DNA of 56,637 bases, counting the filler, from Bipalium vagum (lineage: Eukaryota), in NCBI GenBank assembly GCA_037834085.1. It is 3 parts of 3 records of this genome, joined end to end, with 100 filler letters (N's around TTAATTAATTAA, not from the genome) between each part and the next. Parts side by side here need not be neighbours in the genome. Positions count along the whole stretch, not along the records: positions 18,889 to 37,870 come from JBBMKC010014125.1; 2 more parts are not named here. One strand, written 5' to 3'. Position 1 is the first letter of the stretch, and the number at the start of each line of letters is the position of its first letter. The notes under the pieces were generated by a model. That model saw nothing but the letters and a program-made list of their open reading frames with translations. It was not told where the DNA came from and made no database searches. A program made the translations under genes and the position numbers. Shown piece after piece: positions 20,904-34,680 of the stretch.

Positions 20904-21045
20904 NNNNNNNNNNNNNNNNNNNNNNNNNNNNNNNNNNNNNNNNNNNNNNNNNNNNNNNNNNNNNNNNNNNNNNNNNNNNNNNNNNNNNNNNNNNNNNNNN
21001 NNNNNNNNNNNNNNNNNNNNNNNNNNNNNNNNNNNNNNNNNNNNN
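20904..21045. other. Assembly gap (N run)
   Basis: 142 N. Confidence 0.98.
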
Positions 21046-22065
21046 TTAGAAATCGTATAGATTTTCAAAATATTTGCCAATATGAATCTCATGGTCACTG
21101 TTTCCAATAAATAAAAATCTATTAATACACGGACCAACAATTTAATTTTAAACAGAAATATTATTGGATAACTGAACTTTCAATTGAATTCTATTTTTAG
21201 AAACACAAATCTCTAAGCAAATATTTTCTTTCAACTCAAATGTATCATCAGATCACTTGGTGAAGAAAAAAATTTTAAAAATCAATTTTTGTTTAAAACG
21301 AATAAAAAGATTTAAATAATAAAATTTACAGCTATATATATTATATTGATTTTTCTCTAAATACTTTATTTGTTTAATTATTGAAAATTATCAAAAATCG
21401 AAAGCAGAAAGTTTGAAAATATTTCTCCTTCCCAATAAAATATAATCCTTGTCTGTTATTACCATTCCTTGTATTAATATAAACTCAGATTAGAATGAAA
21501 TTAATTCATATGTAAAGTTAAGAAAAGAATTTAAGAAATATAATTCTTTAATTTACATTTTCTTTTAAAAAAATATGTTAAACATTTTTGATAAATTTAA
21601 TTTTTAAAGTATTTAAATTAAAAAAATATATTTCTAATTAAGAATTTGTTCTCTAAGAATTCGAAATATAAAGATTAAAATAATTTTCGTTTCTTAAAAT
21701 TTCGAGAAATGAAGTTTTAATTATTTCCTTTATTAATTTTATTTGTTTATTACTGTGAAGCATTATTGAATTAAATAGTCCATTTGTTGAGAGATCATCT
21801 TTTAAAATTATTATAAGTTTTAACAAACTTGAATGATATTATATTTCATTGATTATTAGTTTTCTTACAAAAATCTATCTGAAGTCGGAATATTTATAAA
21901 AAATAGAAATGTCAGCACACCTCTAGATAAACCTTATATAAATATTTTTTTAACAATCTATAAGTTAAAATGACCCTTTTTACAAAACTCTATATATTTC
22001 TGATTTATCACGAAAATTAGTTATAAAGAGATTTTATTCAAAAATATAAAAGAATGAAAAATTTT

Positions 22066-22282
22066 AAAATAATAAATTATAAATAAAATAAAATAATAAA
22101 TTATAAATTAAATAAAATAATAAATTATAAATAAAATAAAATAATAAATTAAATAAAATAATAAATTATAAATAAAATAATAAATTATAAATAAAAAAAA
22201 TTATAATTGAAATAATAAATTATAATTGAAATAATAAATTATAATTGAAATAATAAATTATAATTGAAATAATAAATTATAG
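22066..22282. repeat. AT-rich minisatellite (~19-24 bp units, AAATAATAAATTATAA(A/TTG)...)
   Basis: Tandem AAATAATAAATTATAAATAA-type units followed by about four AAATAATAAATTATAATTG units. Confidence 0.85.
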
Positions 22283-23807
22283 TAATATTCATAATAATAG
22301 CAAAAATAAAAAGATTTCATGAATGAATTTGAAAATTTTAATAAATTCTCATAACACTTTTTATAAGAGTCGTAGAGTATTTAAAAAATATTAATGAAAT
22401 TAGAACTCCATAACTGTCATGAGAAATAAGTGAGAATACTTATTGAATTGAATTAAAATTAACAAATTGAATTATTAATTTAATTCCCATAAAACCAAAT
22501 AACTGTTTTTTAATAATAAAAGCAAGCTGTAGAAAATTCAAAGTGGCTTAATGTTCGATTCTTTCAACGTTTCCATTGGAATTATGTGAGACATACAGAT
22601 TTAGAATCAAGCAGAATTTGCTGAAATAAGAGAGGAAATGAAAGATGAGAGATGGAATATGAAGATATATTCTAATTTATTTCATATCTTTTAACGTGAA
22701 ACAACTCAACCGTTGATAACTGGAAAATTAAAATTGATGATTATGACAGAAAATCAATAAAATTGACTTCAATAAAATTTAATATTTTTGTGAATTATGT
22801 TTAAAATTTGTCTCTGATCCGGAACTGTAAAAAATATTTTTTTTATTTGTTCTTGTTTTAGTCTGTGTTTATTAGATTTTTTATTGATGCATTAATTACA
22901 ATGAATGTTAATTTTTAAATCTTTCTTAAAAAATAAAAATATTAAAATATATTTATTTTTAAAATACTGAAAATTTCATGATTCAATTATTATCAAAATC
23001 AACTGAAATAAAAAACTTTAATAATCAAAAAGAGAAACTATAACCAAGTAATCAAAGAAGTCGAGTTTCCAACTTTACATTACTACTTGTGTATAAGGGG
23101 TCCTAAATGAAATTATCGATTACCTATTAAAATTATTTTTTTTATATAATGGTGTTTTCCTGTACCTTATTTCTATGAAAATTTTCCAGAATTAAGACTT
23201 TGAAAATATTATATCCTTCATATTGTAAATGGTTTTCAATTTTCAAAATATTTGTCTCAAAATTTATATTTACTCAATTAAAAATGTTTACTTAGTTTAT
23301 TTGAGATTAAAACTGTTCATTTGTAAATCAAAATTGGAAGATTTGAAAGCAAATTATATAGGTCAAAAGATATGAAACATTAAATTAAAGTTTTTTTATT
23401 TTTCATAATTCTTTTAATTACTACTTTGTTTTAATCCATCAAATTTTTAATTCACTTGGTATAAATTTGAAAATGTTGACAAAAGGCTAATTATAAATTA
23501 AATCCAGTAACAAGCAGAAGTTTAAATATAGGTTTCGGAAAAGTAAAAAAACAGAATCATTAATTAATGGTTGTCCAAATACCTTGGACTTTAATAATAA
23601 AACGATCAACTGGCTGAAACCAACTGACAGGCCACATTAAGATACTATCAAATTCAATAATTTCTAACATTTTCATTAAATGAACAACCGATTTAAATGA
23701 AATAAAAACAATTTAGCATCTGCCACAGAAATTTTTAAATATGTAAAAAGAAATCTACATTTTTTATAGAATTATATTTGTAATATAATGGAGAATTTGT
23801 GAAATAT

Positions 23808-24642
23808 ATTTAGTTGGCAACGAAGTGATTGAAGATTTTTGTAAATAAAAAGAGACAAATCTGAGAATGTATATAAACTTATTAACTAAAATATTGCCTA
23901 TTATTCTCCATCACTTTCTTTCATCTTTCAGAAATAGTGATATTATGGTGATCGGAAAGTCTTTAGAATAATTTAAGATAAATCTAAAAATATCATAAAA
24001 TATATTTTAAAAAATTTTATTCTTTAAAATATAGTCTATTGTGCTCAACAGTCTTCTGCAATATTTCGCAAGCTGGTTAATTCCTCTGGCATACCCTGCA
24101 CTGCCTTTGGAAGCGAAAAATTCTCAGCAGGCATTTTTGATCTCGTCAACCGAAGCGTTCCAGCAGGAAATGTGCCATTGACATCTATAGTGGTAATCAG
24201 AAGATGCTAGGTCTGGACTGTAGTCTGGATGAGGGATAAGATCAAACTGCAGCTCTTCAATTTTTTGGCGCGTTAACTTTAAGTATGCAATTATGCATTA
24301 TCATATTGAAGAAAAACCCGTTTACGATTGACTAAGGAAAGAAAGCGGAACCTGAAAGCCTCAACCCCACATTCTAATTGCATTGAATCGAGATCAACAT
24401 TGAAGAGCTCAAAACTTTGAAGAAGCTCAAAAAGCACTATTCCCTTTTAATTCCACCAAACGCAGAGCGGAACCATTTTTGTTATTGCAACAATAAAAAT
24501 TAGCAAAACAAAGTTACCAAAACATAGTTTAAAGACTTTTCTATCGCCCTAATAATTAATCTTTTGAAAAATATTATTTTCAACGTGTAAAACTCCAAAA
24601 TTATGTTATAAAAATCCTCAATTACTTAGCTGCCAACCCAAT
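23808..24642 (-). mobile_element. Internally deleted mariner (DD34D) element with both TIRs
   Basis: TIRs TTTAGTTGGCAACGAAGTGATTGAAGATTT (~23809-23838) and AAATCCTCAATTACTTAGCTGCCAACCCAA (24612-24641). Transposase fragments LCVWWN*KGIVLFELL, LQYDNA and TRQKIEELQFDLIPHPDYSPDLASSDYH. Confidence 0.9.
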
Positions 24643-25500
24643 GTATTTCCAATAAACACTTTTTAGAAAATTATGAAAAAGACAGAGAATATTTGAAATA
24701 AATCTTCAATTATTCTCTAAAGCAGGAAAGGTTTATTTGTGAGCGCATATTATTTATTTCATTTAAAAAGTTTCAAATGAATTAGGTCAGTTTTAAGTAG
24801 GACAATTTCTTGTTAGTCTGATAACCTTTACTAAAAAAATTAATTTGCGAAAAAAATCATGAAAAATTTATTGACTCTGCATTAAACAAACTAGAGCCAA
24901 GAATTAATTAAAAAATATCAACAAGGAAGCAGATGCAGTTTTAACAGGTAAAAACAAATTTCCAGTGATTTATGTGTACAACGACATTTTTTGGCTGAAA
25001 GCTTTATAATTCTCATTTGAAATGTAAGCGTATTTGAAGTATTGCTTAAGTGGTAACTAAATTACAGGTTCAAATTTGATACTGAGCTTATCCAACATGT
25101 TATGTCTTATTTTAGATAATAAAACTTGTACCTTAAACCTTACCTTTTTGGGAACCATTACACTTTCTTTTTATGTTGAAGAAGAATGTTATTGATACAC
25201 ATAAGAGGTTCCTATAGATTATTTAACTGAAAACCTTGCTAATAATGATTTTAACTATTCAAAATTGGAAATTTTAATGTAAAGATTGAAAACCATTAAA
25301 AATAGATGGAAATGATAATGAGTAAATGTTACTGGACGAAACCAATGAGTGAAAGCATAAACACAAGGATACTCACTTAACAAAGGATATCAAACTGCTT
25401 AAGTGATTGTGAAATATTCAGAATTGAGGAAAGTCTGTGATTTTTTAATTAACAAGCAACTTGAGAAGGTTATATTGAAAATAATAAACTCTTTCGTTCA

Positions 25501-28500
25501 TTATATAATAATTAGAATTGACAAGTAGATTTTTGGCAATCCTGAGTGTAAAACATCATAGGCTGAGCTGAGACAATCAAAAAGAGCATTATGTGTATAC
25601 GGTGAGAGGGAAAAGTCTTCAGGAGAAACAGTAACTTGAAACATGTTTGAACATTAAATAATATATATAGTTATATATAATATATATAGTTAAGTAAAAA
25701 TATAGTTAAGAGTAAAACAGTCAGAATTAACTCTCAGACATAGGAAGGTTATATAAATACATTTTGTCACATTACTTTTGTATACTTATACAACTAATAA
25801 AAATTCTCCAGTAAATAGTTTGTACTACACGTTAATAAAAAACATACCAAAGTTTTACATGTAACAATTGATAAATAAGGTATGTTTGTAACAAATTAAT
25901 ACATCAACTCAGAAAAAGAAATGAAAATGTAAATTAAGTACTGCATTTATAAAAGAAAAACTGTTGGATTTTCAATGAGGGTGTTTTATTTTTCATTGCC
26001 AAAATTTTAAATTTGAATTTGCTAATCAAAAGGTTGGAATAATTAATTGTTTTAATGTGGAATACAAAAATTAACAATTTTTTATTATTCGGAATGAAAT
26101 AGGATAAATCAAATTTATTAATGTAAAATCAGAAACCAGTTTAATTTTTTGAAAGGATTTTAAAAATGGAATTCTAATTGATTATTATATATTTGAAATA
26201 ATAATTACGTGTTAAAAAATCAAATTATATTTATAAATGTATAAAAATCAATAAATTTTGTTAATAGATTGAGTAATAATCATTTATTAAGAGTAAAAAA
26301 ATATTTTTATTTTGTTTTAAAGCGCATTTAAATTTTACAACATAAATTAAGCGTATTCTAGATTATAGAAATATTTTCAGAGATCGACACCTTTAATTTT
26401 TTAATTAAAATCTAATAGATTAAGAAGTAATTTAATATCCACAAGTTCATGAAGATAATAATTATCAAAATATCATTAGAAGAGAAAGGTTTGATTAACT
26501 GATTTTTTCAAATAATCAAAATGAAAATCGTCTTTTTACTTATTTGAAATATAAATATTTAGCTTATTTCAACGAATTTTATAATTTATAAATAAAATGA
26601 ATTTAAAACTTTAAATTTTAACTTCAAATTAATTAACATTTTTTATTTCTTATTGTCTATTTTAATATTAATAAAAAATATATATAATGGATAAAAATAA
26701 ATAATAATATATCAATAGAAATTCTTATTAAATATATACTTAATATAATTTTAAATATATCGATTAATAATAATATTGAAATTATATTTTTTGATCAATA
26801 AAATCTATTTTGAGACATCTAAAAAGTACTTAAATTTTGACAAAACAATTTCCTTTAAAACGAGCTCACCAATGATGGTAAAATTATATATTCTTCTAAT
26901 TGGGTAGTTTGGAAAGGGAACCGTTAAATATTTCTGTACAATAGGTGGGACTTCGTTCGATCCTCGACATTCAAAACTCCAATTTGAATTGACAGGAGCA
27001 GAAGCGTTGATAAATAAAGTAACATTATTGTCTCTAAATTGATAAAATTTCCATGATTCTGGAGGACCTCTGATAAAAGCCCAAGTCATTTTTGGAGTGG
27101 GATAACCATCTTTACTGATACATTTTACTTGTGAATTTCGAGAAATCGTATCTGCGAGCGGTGGACTGGATAAGACTTCACTAACATAATCTAAAATCCA
27201 AAGTTTACACTTAAACAAATTAGGTTAAGAGAGTCAATGATTACTATAAATTATTAAAAAATATACATATGTAAAATGCTAAATTTACTCAAATAAAAAT
27301 TTATTACTTATATTAAGTTTTGACATGAGCTAAAATCTTGAGATGGTATAAATTCAAAAAATGAAAAAGTTTTCTCAAAAATTTCTGTAAAATTTATCTT
27401 TAAGCATTTTACTCATTTTTAAATCAATACCATTTACAGTTCTAACTCAAAATAATGAATTTCAAATTAACCAATTCAAAAGTCATAAGCAATTTTAAAA
27501 TATTTGATTATTTTAAATAAATTTGTTTATAATAATGAATTTCATAATAATCAGTATGGCAAGTTAAATGCCATAAATGCCATTTTTGCATTATTTCAAT
27601 TTTAAAATGCCAATTTATTTTTCGAAATAATTGAAATGACAGACAATTATAGTGGTCTTATCGATATTTTAGATAAATTTGAGGATTCAAAATAAAATAT
27701 TGAAACAGGATATCACGCCGTTTTTAACTTTGATTTCGGAAGAGACCCTTTAGAATTAAAAAATTATATGCATAAGAGATTAAAGGATATTGGAGTCACC
27801 AAATTACTATTATTTGATAAAGAAAAAATATCTCCATTGGGCTATATAAATTAAAAGAAATGTCCGCCAGTCAGTATTGCAGTAGAGCGAAGCTTTTCGA
27901 TGTTTGGGAAAATGTTTGCTGAAGACAGAACTTTTAGAAGTGAAAAGATTAATCATTATTTCTAACAAAATTATAATTTTTTTCTAGAATAAATCTTGTT
28001 ATGAAATATGGTTTTTATGTTTATATTTTCTTAATGCCATTTTCCTGGGTTTTTTGAGGATAAATGCGAGTAAATCAATAATAATCAATGACTCATAATT
28101 ATTTAACCTGGTTAGTATAATAGAGAATTTTCTGCAGTTTCATAAACAACAAAGAAAAGGTTGAAAAAATTATTTTCAGGTCTAGAAAATTTAATTTTAA
28201 ACTACCTTTTATTCGCAGTAATTAATTTTTGCGTATATGTATAATACAAATCTATGTCGAATTCTAAAATATTCTTTTAAATTTAATTATTTTTAAATGG
28301 AAGTTCACAAAATATTTTATTAATGAATTATAATGATATCAAATATAATTAAAATTAGAAAAAAATTATCTCAATAGGATGATAATTTCAAGAAAAAAAA
28401 AGATCGAAATAATATCTCTCATTAAGATATATTTCAACAGAGAAAATCATTATTTTTTTAACTTCTGTTCATTTAATTAATTACTTTTACCAAAAATAAT

Positions 28501-30737
28501 ATCTGTTAATTTTATTTTTATTTATCTGTTCAAAATATTATTATTAAACTATTCTTTTTATTACTATTTTAACTAACGGAAAATGATATTATTAATAATA
28601 TTATTATTATTATAGATACATAAATATTATTTACCTTATTTATTTTCTATTGTTTTTTATTGAACCAATGATTATAATTATAAAGTTTAACTAGTTTAAT
28701 ATAATTAGAAAAATAAAATTATAAATATCTAAATATCTTCTGAGAACTAAAATATTTTTTTAAAAAAAAATAAACACTCTGGTTTAATAAAATTTAATTA
28801 AATATATTAAGTTTGTATGTTATCATTTTATATAGAAAATATCCGCTGGCGAAAATGAGAAATAATAATAGACACGATTTATGCTACAATAATATACAAA
28901 ATATAATTATTAATCAATGCTATAATTTTATACACATCAGACAACTTTCTTTAGGTAGGCCACATTTGACTGACTGATTAATCAAATATTTTATTACATA
29001 CTGTTATTCTATATTAACTCTTTTTATTATACATAAAGATTGTATTATAATTTTTGTCAATTTTCTTTTTATGAGACAAATTTATGNNNNNNNNNNNNNN
29101 NNNNNNNNNNNNNNNNNNNNNNNNNNNNNNNNNNNNNNNNNNNNNNNNNNNNNNNNNNNNNNNNNNNNNNNNNNNNNNNNNNNNNNNNNNNNNNNNNNNN
29201 NNNNNNNNNNNNNNNNNGGAAATTTCTAAAGAAATTGTATTACCAAATATAAATATCTCGTTTATGAGAAGCATTGCGTAATTTCGTTAAATAAATATTT
29301 ACCAGTATAAATTATTAAAAAATTCATTGTAAAGAAAAATTATGAAATATAACGTAATTTTTGACTGTGTGTGAGACTATGTTAGGATGGAGGAAATCAA
29401 AGGAAAGTCAATAAACAAAAATATAACTGGCCAAATAATTAAAGTGATACTAAATTCCACTGAGTTTTTAAGAAAAATACGTTTATATTTTATTAAAACA
29501 TGATTTATGAATATCAAATCATAAACTCGTTATATAATAATCAATATATAAATATTCAATAGTAAATATTCAATACATTGAAAAAACATTGTTTTCGTTG
29601 AGAGAGAAGTATTTCCCCCCCTACTATTTCATTAATGATAGAGAAATAATAATCAATTCTGTTAAATAATCCAATTAATAAGAAGAAATCAGAAAGAATA
29701 CGAAAAACCCTAAAATACATAATTTAATTACAGAAGCAAAATTATATCAACATTTTCTTCTTTACCCTCAGTAAATAAAGTCACTGGAAATAGAGTCGAA
29801 CTATTTCATTATAAAAGCGAAATTATACAATTAACATCAAATTTATCTTGTCGTGCAAAAAAAATAGAAGTGAATTCGATATTTTTTAACTATAATTGAT
29901 GTACTTTATTAATTTTAACAATAAAAGATTTTCTTACGATAGACTGTCAATGTAATATTTTGAATATTGTCCTCGGCTTTGCACTGTATAATCTTCCCAT
30001 GGTCAGTGGTCAACACCCTCCATTGCAGTCCGATTAAACCGACATTTATGAGTTTTACATTTACTCCATTCAGTATATTTTCATTTAAAAATACGGGATT
30101 GATTTTCTGTAATCCATTGGTAGCTTTGCAAGTAATTAATCCATATTTATCGGGAATCAAATGAGACCTAAACTCTTCTTTATCTTCAACATTTACAACA
30201 CCCATATCAGGCTGGACATCCGTTACAATGATGTATGGCAAATACATTTTAATGTCACTTTCAAATATTATTCCTTTGGATTTATCATCGAAAAATTGGT
30301 GCCTTTCGGTGTCCGTTTTTTCGGAGCTATAACGAACCACAAATTTATGATCATGTGCTTCTTTTTTGAAAGTAATCTTAGTTTCGATATTCTTAATCTT
30401 AACTGAAAATTCACTAAGTGCAAAGCCTCTGGTGTCATCTCCTTTAAAATCATTTGAGGTGACAGCTGCAATTCCAAGAGTTTCTTGAGTTGTTGGATTT
30501 AACAGTTCAAATGATAGTACGAAATTTTCAAAGGGAAATTGTTTCGATAAATCAGTATTTCGTATATTTAAAGAATACGGAGTATTTTGGTGCACCAGTT
30601 TTGGAATATTGTGATAAAATATGACAGATGAATTGACATAGATGATAAAAAATAAGATTCCTGTTCATATATGAGTTCAAAAAGTTAAAATATGATAATA
30701 AATGTCTACCTATTAATATTGAAAAAAATATGGCCAT
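25501..30737 (-). CDS. Secreted, probably GPI-anchored immunoglobulin-like domain protein, 4 exons, ~401 aa
   Basis: Exons 30737-30710, 30660-29938, 27190-26870, 25634-25501; all introns GT-AG and phase 1; total 1206 nt in frame. Signal peptide MAIFFSILIGILFFIIYVNS. Ig-like C..W..C patterns (LITCKAT...DHGKIIQCKAED; VKCISKDGYPTPKMTW...FECRGSN). Hydrophobic tail SSAYDVLHSGLPKIYLSILIII*. An N gap in intron 2 could hide another exon. Confidence 0.8.
27553..28090 (+). mobile_element. hAT-like transposon relic (deleted), C-terminal dimerisation region
   Basis: KCPPVSIAVERSFSMFGKMFAEDRTFRSEKINHYF at ~27857-27965 (S..VERSFS motif). AATGCCAT subterminal repeats on both sides. Lies in intron 2 of the Ig gene. 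Confidence 0.7.
29087..29217. other. Assembly gap (N run)
   Basis: 131 N. Confidence 0.98.
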
Positions 30738-30989
30738 TATTCAGCGAGCTAACAATAACCAAATGACAAATATTAAATAATTAGTCGCGTATAATTTTAA
30801 CTTTAAGCTGAAATTAATAAATAACTTTGAAAATAAAATTACTTTTTATGATTTAAATTATTTAGTCAAACAAAATCTCTTTTTTATTTAAATCTGTTTC
30901 TTAATAAATACAAAGAAATTTAAATATTTCATAACATGCTAAGAATCTACTTTATAAGAATAATCAGGTTTTTGTATAATTATATTAAC

Positions 30990-31100
30990 TATTATGATTA
31001 TTATTAATTAATTAATACTAATAATTATTATGATTATTATGATTATTATTAATTAATTAATACTAATAATTATTATGATTATTATGATTATTATTATTAT
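30990..31100. repeat. ATT-rich tandem duplication
   Basis: ATTATGATTATTATTAATTAATTAATACTAATAATT occurs twice in tandem. Confidence 0.75.
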
Positions 31101-31169
31101 CATATCACAAAAAACCATAAAATTCAAAATTATAAAATTTATTAATGTTATTAGAAAAAATTATTAACA

Positions 31170-31570
31170 CTATAAATGATGTTCAATATGGTTTCCATGA
31201 GCCAACGAACATGGACGTAGTAAATTTTTGAATTATTTCAATTGAGATGCTGTTCCAAGCTTCAGTCAACAGTCGTTTTAATGATTTGATATCAGTGACT
31301 TCTCTCCGCTGTAACTGAAATTGGTATAACAGTATATTCCAAATTACAAAATCCATCACATTTAGATAAGAATTTTAGGATGGCCACTCGCTAAGTTGCA
31401 TGAAATCCGGTGTATTATCTTTGAGCCATAAAATCATATCTCTAATTGTGTGAGCTTTTGCTCCATTTTGTTGACATGTCTATTCCTTTCCATCCATTAT
31501 CTTCTTGGTGTTTTCAAACATTTGGTGGCACATTTCATCTTTGTATACATGCTTATTAACTTTTTTACTT
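31170..31570 (-). mobile_element. Tc1/mariner superfamily (maT/DD37D-like) transposase relic
   Basis: KVNKHVYKDEM...CQQNGAKAHT...WLKDNTPDFMQLSEWPS*NSYLNVMDFVIWNIL...SLKRLLTEAWNSI...GNHIE. Matches QQDGAPAH...WP..SPDLNP.D..IW. Confidence 0.8.
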
Positions 31571-32807
31571 TTCTTTGTATTTTATTTCAAGATTGAGCAA
31601 TCTACATTTAGAACCTATTCGAAACTAAAAATTAAATTAATATTATCTGTGTTTGCGAGATGGAAAACCATGAATATAAAACTAAAATGTTATTAATGAA
31701 TAATAATCACAGTGATAATTACAAAATTAAGTTATTAGTCGAATGTTTATTGACGCACTCCAAAATTCTGATGGCTCAGGAGGTCCCACGAATAATTGTT
31801 ATTTGATATCTTTGAGATGCGTAAAAAGCAATGTGATTTAAGCTGATACACCTCCTCCGATCTTTTTCTGGAAGATCTTTCCAAATCCGTTCAATGATTA
31901 GTTATCAAATGTCTTGAAACAAGAACTCCATATTTCACGATAATTTATTTCAAGTTTATTCTCTATAGTTTGCTTCACTTCAATTCTCTATCTTTCACTT
32001 CGCTTTAATTTTTTAATATTTCCGTCTTAGTTTTTGACTTAGTTTCAACTCAACTCTAAAGTTCTTCTTAATTAACTTCCTAGTTATCTATTATTTATTT
32101 TGTTTTTTAGTTCTTAGTTCTGTTTTAATGCATTTCTGCAAGTCTATTAAAAAGAAGTTCGCAGATCTCCTCTGATTCAACAATCTCTTCTGTTTCGAGT
32201 AGCCAGGACTGCACTGAAAGCTCTTAGAACTGGCCTTTAATTTCAATAAGGGGTTTCCTTCATCTAATTCTCCTTTCCAATAATTTAATCTGAAAATCAG
32301 AAACTTACTGTGGGCTCAGCTAAAACATGTGAATGAGAGCAAAAGAGAAATAATTTCCTTTTCTCATCTCATAACGAAGAGCAGATTATTGCTAAAGGAA
32401 AATGCAAAGGTATTCTCTGACAAAGAAAGAATAAATGTTTTTATTACTAGCAAAACTTTTAATAAAACTGTTCTTTATTAATATTTTATTATTATTTTTG
32501 TAATATCCAAGATTTAAAATAAAGTCTTTATCAAACAAATAGGTAAAAAAGGAATAAGCAATGTCAAATGATCACATCTGGTAAAAAAATTATCATGCAG
32601 CTACATAAAATAAATAAAAATCGACTCTGCGAAAAATTTAGACTTTCACTCCTTATATCATAAACTGCATCGACTGATCTTTCGCCAGTCTCTACTTTTG
32701 GAAGCCTATTTCCCGTGATACCCCATTAATTTCAAAATTTATCTTCTTATGCTGATGTTATCTCAACATCGAGATTACGTCAATTTTTTATTAATTTATT
32801 TTATTAG

Positions 32808-33050
32808 TTGGGAAAATACACAAATCATCATATTCCAGACAAAAGTACAATTAGAAAGAATTATATCAAGTCCATATATACTAGTACAATTCAGAAAATA
32901 AAGAATATTGTCCGTGAACACCCAGTTGCCTTTATAATAGATGAAACTGCAGATATCAAACAACGTTATATTTTAAAAATTTTGGTATTACCATTGATTG
33001 GAAAACCTGTTACACCGATGCTATTAAAGATAACTGAGATTTCTTATTTG
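32808..33050 (+). mobile_element. hAT/CGGBP-like transposase fragment
   Basis: KYTNHHIPDKSTIRKNYIKSIY...FIIDETADIKQRYI (IP..STLRKNY...IDETTD...RY pattern, including the first catalytic Asp). Confidence 0.7.
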
Positions 33051-34597
33051 TATTTTAATAACTGTATTTACACTGTTTTCACCTCTATTTTGTAAACATT
33101 AAGGTTATTTTTGACATTGTAAAGGTCTATTTTGACAATGTTAAGTTTAATATTGACATTGTAAAATTCTACTTTGACATCGTAAAAGTCTTTTTTGACA
33201 AAATATTAACTACAAGAGGTATATGTTCATAATGTAAATAAATCAAAAAATTCAAACTTTAAATAACTAAAAACATGAATAACTTTTGACTCAACCTGAT
33301 ACTTATACTAATTTTCAGCCAGTATATTACTATACAATGCTTGTACGGTAATTTCATTTATAAAATATTACGTTAAGCTACAAAAAATTTCATTTACTCA
33401 AATTTTCACTGAGAAGACATCAATAATCTAAGTCATTCTTCACTGGGCTTAAGTCTATTCCCTTGAGCTCTATCTTCGTCATACTTGACTGAATTAAATT
33501 TATTAATAATCAAAATCTAATTAATTAATATATAAATTTATTATTCTGCTTCAATAAAGCCATTATGTTTAGCCTATTATAATTTTTATTCTAATCATCG
33601 ATATATTATAATCTCCATATTATTACTTGTTAAATTTATTTACAATTTATTTATTTGTTTCTTATAATTCATTACAAGGTTCTTTAGATAAATATGTCTT
33701 TTCGTCATGTAAATAAATCATTTCATCAAATATTATTTAAGTAATAAAATACACATTTAAAATACAATAAACACATGATCTGTAGTTTAAAAATTGATTT
33801 ATGTACAATCAGTCTCAAATTTTCTCTCCTAATTGTCTTGAATGCCAATTCTCTCATGTGACCTCACAATTACCTCTCATTATTTTGTTATGCACATTGT
33901 TTATAGTATATTCTAGTTAAATCACAATAATGAGATTGCGCGATTTAAAATTTTTCCATTTAGAAAACAACTCAATGGGTTGAGTTAAGGAGAATGTGAA
34001 GGTTTTGTAAAGAATTGTAAAATTTTCTCAGTAAATAAAGCATGGGCGCTTCAAACCTTATGAATTGCTTAATTATCATATTATTATTATATCACTCAAC
34101 TTACACAAACCTTCAAGAAAAAACTTACAGAAGTTACTGATGAACTCAAACAAGCAACAGTAGAACCTCAAGAGAGTGAGGATAGCTCTAGCAAATTAGT
34201 TAGTTGATATTTAAAAGACATTTTAATTAATTTTATATTTTATATTAATTTAGTATTTAATTCGCATGAAAAAACTTTGTAAGGCCTACTTTCTTCATTT
34301 TAATTATTTTTAAAAAGAGTATGATGTATTTCATGTTTGAAAATATTGTTATTTAAAAATTAATAAAATTATTTTATAAATAAATAATCATTTTAAAATA
34401 TAATAAAATATATAAAATGTGGGTTGAAACTATTAATTAAAAATTAATGATGAATAATCAATTCCAAAAATTGGAAAACTTTCCATAAATAGATAATGTG
34501 GGAGTAAGTTTCTATTTAAGGAAAGTTCTATTATATAATAACTTACTTAAGATAGTAACCACTCATAAATGACTCTTATCAGAAAGTTAAAATAGAG

Positions 34598-34680
34598 CCA
34601 ATGAGAAACTCCAGAATGTGGAAAACAGGAGTATATAAAGTCTTAATTTTCACATTCAAAATGCCGGTAAAAAGGTAAGG
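34598..34680 (+). promoter_or_regulatory. CCAAT + TATA promoter in an inverted repeat, followed by ATG and a splice donor (element B)
   Basis: CCAAT 34598; GAATGTGGAAAA...TATATAA(34632)...TTTTCACATTC; ATG 34661; AG|GTAAGG 34675. Confidence 0.55.

Noticed and set aside
20898-29281. ORFs containing X runs (20898-21140, 29014-29281)
   Set aside because: Artefacts of N gaps.
31740-32400. Coding-like minus-strand patch (LIIERIWKDLPEKDRRR), possibly gag-like
   Set aside because: No diagnostic motif.
33300-34200. Possible KilA-N-like (YGDYNI...HNGFI) and integrase Zn-finger-like (ECEGFVKNCK) fragments left of element B
   Set aside because: Matches are only a few residues long and broken by stops; not supportable without a profile search.
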